Shown: one piece after another, positions 49,001 to 56,441 of the stretch
Layout of the letters: every line of letters starts with the position of its first letter
Numbering within the stretch: the first letter of the stretch is position 1
Assembly (NCBI GenBank): GCA_009843635.1
Contig: VYDB01000078.1
Coordinates: forward strand, 1-63,645
Source of the DNA: Gammaproteobacteria bacterium
GTDB taxonomy: Bacteria > Pseudomonadota > Gammaproteobacteria > Pseudomonadales > Azotimanducaceae
Length of the DNA: 63,645 nt
Direction: 5' to 3'
Notes under the pieces: generated by a model
The model's input: the letters and a program-made list of their open reading frames with translations, nothing else
The model's database searches: none
Told to the model about the DNA's origin: nothing
Position numbers and translations under genes: made by a program

Positions 49001-49197
49001 GAGATGAATGAAACCTCGCGCCTGCCTTTGCCGATTGCGTCCGTCGGCTGCCGCCCCTCATCAAGCACCCAGTGCCGGGTCGGAACCTCGTAGGGAGAAT
49101 TGAGGATGGGGGATTGGTGAAAGGCATCCGGCATAGGGGGCATTTTAGCCGAAGGCTTGGAATCACGCTCTTGGCCAGCGCCACCGCGTGGTCCCAA
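46027..49197 (-). CDS. res: Type III restriction endonuclease Res subunit (SF2 helicase plus C-terminal PD-(D/E)xK nuclease)
   Basis: Helicase motif I LATGAGKTAVMAMLI, motif II VLNDEAHHC (DEAH), motif VI QVIGRSLRR. C-terminal nuclease IPDFIALIDD...LVLEVKGY. 1056 aa. Confidence 0.85.
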   Translation of the reverse strand: MGPRGGAGQERDSKPSAKMPPMPDAFHQSPILNSPYEVPTRHWVLDEGRQPTDAIGKGRREVSFISPIPKPRKAGGKVQDQFAFDAQSQALDADDQQYELTALIDSLRQELTAWRGLPEAQWRVTPETARLLKHWRHHPFAGIRPFFCQVEAVETAIWLTEVAPSLGKGGSRFLEQIEAASQQANPGLSRMALKLATGAGKTAVMAMLIAWQTVNAVRRPNSPRFTRGFLVVAPGITIRDRLRVLQPNDPDSYYASRELVPADMLRELDKAKIVITNYHAFQLRETLDLAKGSRALLQGRGPAIASRETEGQMLARVMPELMTMKGILVLNDEAHHCYREKPGDDDEGKLVGDDRREAERNLEAARVWISGLEAAQSQLGLAKVIDLSATPFFLRGSGYAEGTLFPWTVSDFSLMDAIECGIVKLPRVPVVDNVPDDEMPMYRNLWEHIGKKMPKKGKGAGSQLDPLKLPPELQTALEALYGHYEETFRLWNEAKIEVPPCFIIVCNNTATSKLVYDYVSGFEREADSGERVVHNGRLALFRNFDEQGEPLARPRTLLIDSRQLESGEALDRNFRTAAADEIERFRREIIARTGDRQQAEQLKDEDLLREVMNTVGKAGRLGGGIRCVVSVAMLTEGWDANTVTHVLGLRAFGTQLLCEQVIGRSLRRQSYALNEQGLFDAEYADVFGIPFDFTAKPVVAPPQKPAETVQVKALSPERDHAEIRFPQVAGYRVELPDDQLTADFTEDSRLELTPKLVGPTITHNQGIIGQGHDLTVDHLDRVRPRALLYHLTLRLLYNHWRDPNGEPELHLFGQLKRIAGQWLKECLICQGNTRPAQLMIADLADMACERISAAITRAELDRQPVKAVLDPFNPTGTTRHVNFTTSRTSRYKAEAGGRCHLNWAILDSDWEGELCRILDGHTGVLAWVKNHNLGFEVPYSFAGETRRYIPDFIALIDDGQDADGPLHLVLEVKGYRGEDAKAKKDTMDTYWVPGVNAHGCYGRWAFVELRDVHTMQDDLAAKLEEELGRVIECALADGFVLEGRETGLPSKQQYVS

Positions 49198-49454
49198 CGC
49201 CAGCCACCATCGGCTGAGCCGACATTCCGCTCCCAGAGAAGCGAGGGCGGGACGCCCTCGTCTCGAATCAAGGGAGTTCCATAGAGACCGGAATATCTAC
49301 GACAGAATTGTTGTACAACAACATCTTCGTAGAGTTTTTTTTTGACAACGCAGCTTGCTGAACGATCCGCACTAGGTGTGCGCACCAGCCGAAGGCATAC
49401 TGCCCCACTTGCCAACACCGTCCTACCGGACGTCCACTGAGGAGACCCGAGGTC

Positions 49455-50447
49455 GTGGCGATCAAACTTGCCGTTCTGGACCTAGCGCCCATCGTCGAGG
49501 GCGGCGATGCGGCCCAAGCGCTGGCCAACTCCCTCGACCTCGCCCGGCACGCCGAAGGTTGGGGCTACGTGCGCTATTGGGTGGCGGAGCACCACAACAT
49601 GCGCGGCATCGCCAGCGCCGCCACGGCGGTGGTCATCGGCCACATCGCGGGCGGAACCTCGACCATCCGCGTGGGGGCTGGCGGCGTGATGCTGCCCAAC
49701 CATGCGCCGCTGGTCATTGCCGAGCAGTTCGGCACCCTGGAGTCCCTGCACCCTGGGCGGATCGACCTTGGCATCGGCCGAGCGCCGGGCACCGACCAGG
49801 TCACCGCCCATGCGCTGCGGCGGACCTTGGCTGGGGACATCAACGAGTTTCCCCGGGACGTGATGGAATTGCGGGACTACTTTGCCGAAGCCGGCCCCAA
49901 ACGGCAGGTGCATGCGGTGCCCGGAGAGGGGCTGCGGGTGCCGTTGTGGATTCTGGGATCCAGCCTCTACGGCGCCCAGTTGGCGGCCCTGCTGGGGCTG
50001 CCCTACGCTTTCGCTTCGCACTTTGCGCCCGCCGCGCTCGACGAGGCCCTGGCCACCTACCGGGAGCACTTCGTGGCTTCCCCGCAACTCGACGCACCCT
50101 ATGTCATGGTGGGATTCAACATGTTTGCAGCCGACACCGAAGAAGAGGCCAAGCTGCTGCGCACCTCCTCCCAACAATCGTTCCTCAAGCTGCGCACCGG
50201 CACCCCCGGCCCGCTGCCACCGCCCAAGGCGGATTTCGAAGCGACGCTCGGCGCCGCCGAACGCCACCTGCTCGGCCAGATCACCGCCTGCTCGGCGGTC
50301 GGCAACCCGGACCAGGCGCGCGAGCAACTCAAAGCGTTCGTGCAGCGCACCGAAGCGGACGAAGTCATCCTCTCCGCCCACATCTACGACCACGCCGCCC
50401 GCCTGCGCTCCTACGAAATCGCTGCGGAGATCGGGGCTGACCTCTAA
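49455..50447 (+). CDS. LLM-class (luciferase-like) flavin-dependent oxidoreductase
   Basis: [12 protein letters not shown]...[32 protein letters not shown] is a typical LLM N-terminus. 330 aa. The minus-strand ORF 49482..50393 is a shadow. Confidence 0.85.
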   Translation: MAIKLAVLDLAPIVEGGDAAQALANSLDLARHAEGWGYVRYWVAEHHNMRGIASAATAVVIGHIAGGTSTIRVGAGGVMLPNHAPLVIAEQFGTLESLHPGRIDLGIGRAPGTDQVTAHALRRTLAGDINEFPRDVMELRDYFAEAGPKRQVHAVPGEGLRVPLWILGSSLYGAQLAALLGLPYAFASHFAPAALDEALATYREHFVASPQLDAPYVMVGFNMFAADTEEEAKLLRTSSQQSFLKLRTGTPGPLPPPKADFEATLGAAERHLLGQITACSAVGNPDQAREQLKAFVQRTEADEVILSAHIYDHAARLRSYEIAAEIGADL

Positions 50448-50539
50448 TTGGCTTCCAGTATCCCGGATTCCACCAAGCCACTTGTCGAGCTACCCAAGAC
50501 CCCGTATTTTGGCGGCTTTCTCCCCCATGGAGCCCGACC

Positions 50540-51985
50540 ATGACTGATCCCTTCGCCACCGCCATCGAAGTCGCCGCCGCCATTCGCAACAAGGAGGCGA
50601 GTTCCTTGGAACTCACCGACATGTACATCGAGCGTGTCGAGCGCTACGACGGTCAAACCAACGCCGTGGTCGTGCATGACTTTGAACGGGGCCGGGAGGC
50701 AGCCAAGGCCGCTGACGCGGCATCGGCGCGCGGGGATGCGGCCGGCCCGCTGCACGGCGTGCCGATGACGGTCAAGGAAGCCTTCAACGTCCAAGGGCTG
50801 CCGACCACCTGGGGCATTCCGGAACTGCGCGACAACATCGCCGCAGAGGATGCCGACTACGTCCGCCGCTTGAAGGGCGCAGGCGCCGTCATCTTCGGCA
50901 AGACCAACGTGCCGCTGAATCTGGGCGACTTCCAGAGCTTCAACGACATCTACGGCACCACCAACAACCCCTGGGACCTGACGCGCACCCCTGGCGGTTC
51001 GTCGGGCGGCTCCTCGGCAGCCCTGGCGGCAGGACTGACCGCCCTGGAGGCGGGCTCGGACATCGGCGGCTCCATTCGCAATCCCGCCCACTACTGCGGC
51101 ATCTATGGCCACAAGCCCACTTGGGGCATCGTTTCCGACGAAGGCCATGCCCTACCCGAGATGCTGGCACCGGCGGACATCGCGGTGGTCGGCCCCATGG
51201 CGCGCAGCGCGGAGGATTTGGCGCTGTCCATGGACATCGTGGCTGGCGCTGGGCGCACGGACCGGGCCGGCTGGCAACTGAATCTGCCGCGCCCCGCCAA
51301 GGGCAGCTTAAGCGACTTCAAGGTGGCGATTTTGCCCAACCACGATCGCGCCCCAGTGGCGACGGAGATGGCCGATCGGGTGCAGCAGGTGGGCGACCGC
51401 TTGGCACGGCTCGGCGCCACGGTGAGCGACAGCGCGTTCCCCAAAATCGACGTGAACGCAGCTTTCGAAGCCTATCTGAGCCTGCTCTGGGGCGTGATGG
51501 CAGCAGGCCTCTCCGAAGAGGAGAAAGAAGAACTCAGGCTGGCACGTTCGGCGGAAGTGGAAGGCGAGGAGGTGCCCGCCTCATTGGCCCGCTTCGGCGT
51601 CCAGGAGCACGGCGAGTGGCTCAAGTTCGACAACCTGCGCTTCGGCCTGCGCAAGGCTTGGCAGGCGTTCTTCCAAGACTGGGACATCCTCATCTGCCCC
51701 CAAGTGGCCACCACCGCCTTCCCCCACGACCATGGCGAATACCTGGAACGGCGGATCATGGTGAACAACGAATCCCAGAACTACTTTCAGCAGGTGTTCT
51801 GGGCCGGAATGATCACCGTCGCGCACCTGCCGAGCACGGTCTTCCCCACCGGGCCGTCGAAGGACGGCCTGCCCATCGGCCTGCAGGCGGTGGGCGCGGA
51901 GTTCAACGACTACACCACCATCGAGTTCGCGCGACTGATGGCCCAAGAGCTGGGCGGCTTCGTCGCGCCTCCCGACTATCCCTAG
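50540..51985 (+). CDS. Amidase (amidase-signature family, GatA-like)
   Basis: AS signature GGSSGGSSAALAAGLTALEAGSDIGGSIRNPA with the Ser-cisSer-Lys catalytic region. 481 aa. Confidence 0.85.
   Translation: MTDPFATAIEVAAAIRNKEASSLELTDMYIERVERYDGQTNAVVVHDFERGREAAKAADAASARGDAAGPLHGVPMTVKEAFNVQGLPTTWGIPELRDNIAAEDADYVRRLKGAGAVIFGKTNVPLNLGDFQSFNDIYGTTNNPWDLTRTPGGSSGGSSAALAAGLTALEAGSDIGGSIRNPAHYCGIYGHKPTWGIVSDEGHALPEMLAPADIAVVGPMARSAEDLALSMDIVAGAGRTDRAGWQLNLPRPAKGSLSDFKVAILPNHDRAPVATEMADRVQQVGDRLARLGATVSDSAFPKIDVNAAFEAYLSLLWGVMAAGLSEEEKEELRLARSAEVEGEEVPASLARFGVQEHGEWLKFDNLRFGLRKAWQAFFQDWDILICPQVATTAFPHDHGEYLERRIMVNNESQNYFQQVFWAGMITVAHLPSTVFPTGPSKDGLPIGLQAVGAEFNDYTTIEFARLMAQELGGFVAPPDYP
51876..51985 (+). 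repeat. Direct repeat copy 1 (attL-like): the native 3' end of the amidase gene, duplicated at 56304..56413
   Basis: About 110 bp, tcggcctgcaggcggtgggcgcggagttcaacgactacaccaccatcgagttcgcgcgactgatggcccaagagctgggcggcttcgtc...ctatccctag. It is roughly 95% identical to the second copy. Confidence 0.8.
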
Positions 51986-52176
51986 TCTGCAAGTCAAAGC
52001 GGTTGCTTCCCGAGTTGGCCGCTTCCGTTTGCGGAGACGCCAACGACCTTTTCCTCTAGCTGAGATGAGTTAGACGACAGGATTTGAATTCAAACTGGGT
52101 TGGTGCTGCCGATGAAGGCCGCTGCTGCGACCTCGCCGGGAGACATGGAACTGGCCAGCCCCGTTATACGCCCCTG

Positions 52177-52204
52177 TTGACGTAAGTTGAAATAGACGTA
52201 TTAT
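52177..52204 (+). promoter_or_regulatory. Near-consensus sigma70 promoter (TTGACG-16 nt-TATTAT) with a GGAGG RBS 8 nt before the ATG at 52226
   Basis: ttgacg taagttgaaatagacg tattat, then ggaggctaagact ATG. Confidence 0.55.
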
Positions 52205-52225
52205 AGGCGCCCGGAGGCTAAGACT

Positions 52226-53395
52226 ATGCAAATAAACCCCGGGGGACGCTTAAACACCCAAGAAGTAATGGGGCGTGATCGAGAAATCGCTCGATACTGG
52301 GACATTCTTGGGCGCCAAGGGCTGGTCCTCTCCGCCGAGCGGCGGATAGGCAAAACCCACATCGCGCTGAAGATGAGGGACGAGTGCGGTCCCCGCTATC
52401 TACCCTTCTATCAGGATCTTGAGGGCGTTCATTCCATCAACGAGCTGATCAGATCCATATATGACACCGTTCGCCAGTCCCTAGCCACGGCACCGAGGTT
52501 CAAGGCGCGCTTAGCCACGTGGTCCACGCTGCTTCCGGACCGCATTGGCGGCATCGATATCCCAACTGGCAGCAGGAATTGGCAAATTTTGCTCGCCACC
52601 GCATTTGATGATCTCATCAACATCTCGGAGGACAAGATCATTCTAATGCTCTGGGATGAGTTTCCCCTAATGCTGCACAACCTGCAACGCCGGGAAGGGC
52701 CTGACTCCGCAATTGAGTTGCTTGACCATCTGAGAGCGCTTCGCCTTGCCCACTCCAACCGGCTCCGCTTCCTCTACACCGGCTCCATCGGCCTCCACCT
52801 TGTTCTTCGTTCGCTGCGAAAGGCGGGAAATGCCAACGATCCGGTCAATGACATGCATTCTGCTACGGTTCCGCCAATGACCCATCGAGATACCTGCGAC
52901 CTCGCCGCAGCGCTGCTCAAAGAGACCCTTGCTCCGTCTGACCTCGTTTCGACTCTAGCCTCGCTGGTTGCGGAAGAGGTCGGAGGCTTCCCCTACTACG
53001 TCCACCATGTGGTGGACCAACTGCATCAGCTTCGTCGCCCCATTACGCCTGATGACATAGTGTCCGCCGTCGGTGGTCTCATCCACGACCCACACGATCC
53101 CGCTAATTTCCAATACTACGTCAACCGGCTGTCAGCGTATTACGATGCCGCTGACAGGGGAGTGACTCTGATGGTGCTCGACACCATGGCGGGGCTTGAG
53201 CAGGCAGCGCCTGTTTCACAGTTGGTCAATCTATGCAGGCACCGCGATCCATCCCTAACGGAAGAGTACGTCCGGGAAGCACTAAAACTCATGGCGGAAG
53301 ACCACTACGTCACACTGAAACGAACTAAAGGCGGGTTGGTCTACGATTTTCGATGGCAACTTGTCAAACGATGGTGGAAGGAAACGCGGCTGTGA
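52226..53395 (+). CDS. AAA/arch-type ATPase (PF01637-like ATP-binding protein), first gene of the inserted module
   Basis: Walker A-like RRIGKTHIAL, Walker B-like ILMLWDEFP. 389 aa. Its stop overlaps the start of the downstream gene (GTGA). Confidence 0.65.
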   Translation: MQINPGGRLNTQEVMGRDREIARYWDILGRQGLVLSAERRIGKTHIALKMRDECGPRYLPFYQDLEGVHSINELIRSIYDTVRQSLATAPRFKARLATWSTLLPDRIGGIDIPTGSRNWQILLATAFDDLINISEDKIILMLWDEFPLMLHNLQRREGPDSAIELLDHLRALRLAHSNRLRFLYTGSIGLHLVLRSLRKAGNANDPVNDMHSATVPPMTHRDTCDLAAALLKETLAPSDLVSTLASLVAEEVGGFPYYVHHVVDQLHQLRRPITPDDIVSAVGGLIHDPHDPANFQYYVNRLSAYYDAADRGVTLMVLDTMAGLEQAAPVSQLVNLCRHRDPSLTEEYVREALKLMAEDHYVTLKRTKGGLVYDFRWQLVKRWWKETRL

Positions 53396-56289
53396 GAGAA
53401 GGCATCCTGCGCAGCTCTCGCTACAGCCCCGGCAACATGGACCGGGAATCCCTTGAAGCTCTCTTCGTGGGTCGAGAAGAGGTAATGCAAGACGTGCTTT
53501 CCCGCGTTGTGGCCTCCTTGGAGCAGCCGGACAAGCACTACATTCTGTTAGTCGGACCGCGAGGATCCGGCAAGACGCACTTTTTGGCCCTCGCGTACCA
53601 CCGCATCATGGACAGCATCAAGGCAGCCCGCTTGGAGAACAAGACAACGGTTGCCCTTCTCAAAGAAGAGGAATGGGGAGTTGCATCATATCTCGACCTG
53701 CTGGTCCGCATCTTGAAAGCACTGGCAGAACAGTCACCGGAGATTAGGGCGGAAGTGCCACGGATATACGAAGAGTTCACCCGTGACCCCGCCAAGGCCG
53801 AGAATCTCGCGGCATCATTGCTCCGTCAACATACACAAGGCAAGACGCTTCTGTTGCTCTGCGAGAACCTCGTCGATCTGTTTCAAGGACTGGATTTGGA
53901 AGGACAGATGCGCTGGCGAGCGCTCATCCAAGAAAGCGGTAACTGGTCCATCCTAGCCACCACGCCGACGCTGTTTACCGCACTCCAGCTACAGGACAAT
54001 CCCTTTTATGGTTTCTTCACAATACGCGAACTGAAGCGGATCGACTTCGATTCAGGGCTGGCACTACTTACCAAAAAGGCTCTTCATGAAGAAAAGCCGG
54101 AATTGGCTCGATTCTTGGGCACGCCGCTCGGCCGTGCGCGAGTTCGAGCTATTCATCACCTCGCCGCTGGAAACCACCGGGCCTACGTCGTTCTGTTCGA
54201 CTTCCTAGACAAAGAGTCGCTCGATGACCTCGTTGGCCCATTCATGCGCTTGATCGATGACCTCACGCCTTACTACCAAGATCGAATTCGCCAAGTCCCA
54301 CCCGCCCAGAGGAAAATCGTGGAATTCCTTTGTTTGGAGTCCAACCCCAGGCAGGTCAAGGAGGTCGCCGCAGCGTGCCTGATGTCCCAGCAAACCACCG
54401 CAAAACAAGTCGGCGAGCTTGACGCCGCCAGATTCGTCAGCCGAATACGCCGCGGTCGCAATACATATTGCGAAATTTCCGAGCCATTGATGAGGATCTG
54501 CATCGAAGTGAAAGACAACAAGGCAAGCCACTTCCGCTTGTTTGTTGAGCTCCTTCGCCACTGGTTCAGCAATCGAGAACTTGAACGACGTGTTGCTGCA
54601 CTTCGGCACGACGAACACCGCAGCCGTCTTGACCAAGTCCACCTTGAGCAAGCGGTTGAGCTTCATTTGGCAGATGGCCGCCAGCCATTCATCGAGATAT
54701 TGCATGCTGAAGCCGAGCGATGCTTGGATGCTGGCGATTATCCGGGTCTCGCGGCAGTGCAAGCCACTCTAGTTCGCGAAGGCGGGTCCGACCACGACTA
54801 TCGACTGTGGGTCTTTGCCCTTGTTCAGGCGGAAGACAGCCAATCGGCGATATCTGCCATCGAGCAAGCGGGAGAAAGATGTCTAGATGATCCTTTGCAC
54901 TTGCACAACGTTGCAATGGCCTATGCGATAGAAGGCCGACCGGGCGAGGCGCTCTTCTACGTCGACCGAGCCCTCGGGCTGGACCTTGATTCGGAAGATC
55001 AGGCAGCGCACTTGTGCCTCCAAGCAGACCTCTTCCGCGATCTTGGGCATCTCGACGAGGCGATTGAAGCCGCCGAGGCCGTGCTGAAGATTGATCCAGC
55101 CCATTGGCACAGCTTTGAGCAAATCATCCCAGCTCTCACCACTTTGGAGCGCCATGAGGATGCAACAGCTCGTATGGCAGATTTTGTCCAGCTCGCACAA
55201 GGTGACTTCGATGGTCTACTCGCTGCATCAAGGCTCGCCGAAGATCAGGGATGGCTGGAGGACGCTCTCAGCTCGGTCGAAGCGGCGTTAGCCATTGAAC
55301 CCGAAAGCACCAATGCACATCAATTGCGGGGCAATCTGCTTCTCGAACTGGAGAACTACCAGATCGCATGCGAGGTGTTCCGAGAGATCATCTCCCGCGA
55401 TCCCGACTCCGTCTCTGCCCATTGCAGGTTGGCCGACGCGCTGGCGTTGGCAAAGGACTTTGAAGGGTCCGCACTGGCTGCAAAACATCTCATTGAATTG
55501 GACTCCGATCACACCCACGCTTACTTTGCGAGAGGGCGGGCGTTGATTGAGCTAGGTCGAACTGATGAGGGCATCTCCGTTCTGGATCATCTTTTGGCCA
55601 CCGACGACTACCACTCGCTCGTGCTCGCAGCGGAGGAGTCAAGGCTGGTTGGCGAATATTCTTCGGCGAAGAGGCATCTTGATCGGGCTGCGGAATTGGA
55701 GCCGGACAATCCCGAACTCTGGATCGAACGCACTCGCCTTGGGATTGACTTAGGAGACTTCGACTCCGCCATCGCCAGCGCCACAAAGTTGGAAGCGATC
55801 ACCTCTAGCGCAATTCCTGCACGCCTACTCAGAGCACAGGCTCAAGCGGGCTCCACACCGCTGTCCGAGGTTATCAGCGACCTTGAGACCGACCTCGTTC
55901 TTAAGGATGTCCACGATCAAGACGCTTTGGGCAGAGTAGTCTCTATCATGCTTGCAGTCTCGGTGCGCCAATTCGGCGCCAAGTATCTTCATCAAGGTAT
56001 TGTGAAGCTGCGAGAATTGTTCGGCGACGCGATGGGGCAGGGGGTTGTTGGCAATATTCTGGTTGACTTCCTCCACCAAAACACTGCCGACTTTGAAGGG
56101 CCTCTTGAAGACTGGGAGGAGTGCTTGGACAAGCTGGCTAGATCGCTAGCTGACCTGCCAGAATGTTCGATTCCCATCAAAATGCTGAACGCCGCAGTGA
56201 GATCTGTAAAGACCGGCGACAAGAACCACTTGTTGACGCTACCACTTGAGCAACGGCAGCTTCTGGAAGAGAACTTGTTCAGCACTTAA
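53392..56289 (+). CDS. STAND-type P-loop NTPase with C-terminal TPR repeat array (about 965 aa)
   Basis: Walker A LLVGPRGSGKTHFLALAY, Walker B LLLCENLVD. Multiple TPR-like helices in the C-terminal 450 aa (e.g. AHQLRGNLLLELENYQIACEVFREIISRDPDSVSAHCRLADALALAKDFEGSALAAKHLIELD). Likely GTG start at 53392, or ATG at 53353. Confidence 0.7.
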   Translation: MREGILRSSRYSPGNMDRESLEALFVGREEVMQDVLSRVVASLEQPDKHYILLVGPRGSGKTHFLALAYHRIMDSIKAARLENKTTVALLKEEEWGVASYLDLLVRILKALAEQSPEIRAEVPRIYEEFTRDPAKAENLAASLLRQHTQGKTLLLLCENLVDLFQGLDLEGQMRWRALIQESGNWSILATTPTLFTALQLQDNPFYGFFTIRELKRIDFDSGLALLTKKALHEEKPELARFLGTPLGRARVRAIHHLAAGNHRAYVVLFDFLDKESLDDLVGPFMRLIDDLTPYYQDRIRQVPPAQRKIVEFLCLESNPRQVKEVAAACLMSQQTTAKQVGELDAARFVSRIRRGRNTYCEISEPLMRICIEVKDNKASHFRLFVELLRHWFSNRELERRVAALRHDEHRSRLDQVHLEQAVELHLADGRQPFIEILHAEAERCLDAGDYPGLAAVQATLVREGGSDHDYRLWVFALVQAEDSQSAISAIEQAGERCLDDPLHLHNVAMAYAIEGRPGEALFYVDRALGLDLDSEDQAAHLCLQADLFRDLGHLDEAIEAAEAVLKIDPAHWHSFEQIIPALTTLERHEDATARMADFVQLAQGDFDGLLAASRLAEDQGWLEDALSSVEAALAIEPESTNAHQLRGNLLLELENYQIACEVFREIISRDPDSVSAHCRLADALALAKDFEGSALAAKHLIELDSDHTHAYFARGRALIELGRTDEGISVLDHLLATDDYHSLVLAAEESRLVGEYSSAKRHLDRAAELEPDNPELWIERTRLGIDLGDFDSAIASATKLEAITSSAIPARLLRAQAQAGSTPLSEVISDLETDLVLKDVHDQDALGRVVSIMLAVSVRQFGAKYLHQGIVKLRELFGDAMGQGVVGNILVDFLHQNTADFEGPLEDWEECLDKLARSLADLPECSIPIKMLNAAVRSVKTGDKNHLLTLPLEQRQLLEENLFST

Positions 56290-56303
56290 ATGCGACCTTC
56301 CAG

Positions 56304-56413
56304 TCGGCCTGCAGGCGGTGGGCGCGGAGTTCAACGACTACACCACCATCGAGTTCGCGCGACTGATGGCCCAAGAGCTGGGCGGCTTCGTCCCGCCGCC
56401 TGACTATCCCTAG
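56304..56413 (+). repeat. Direct repeat copy 2 (attR-like): duplicate of the amidase 3' end, including the in-frame ...DYP* terminus
   Basis: Sequence match to 51876..51985 with a few substitutions (cgtcccgccgcctgactatccctag versus cgtcgcgcctcccgactatccctag). Confidence 0.8.
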
Positions 56414-56441
56414 CCCGTAGTCGGCATTCCAAGAAGGGGGT

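Noticed and set aside
49482-52059. Minus-strand ORFs 49482..50393 and 50444..51148, and + frame ORF 51121..52059
   Set aside because: They overlap the LLM oxidoreductase and amidase reading frames, which carry family signatures. The alternates are low-complexity.
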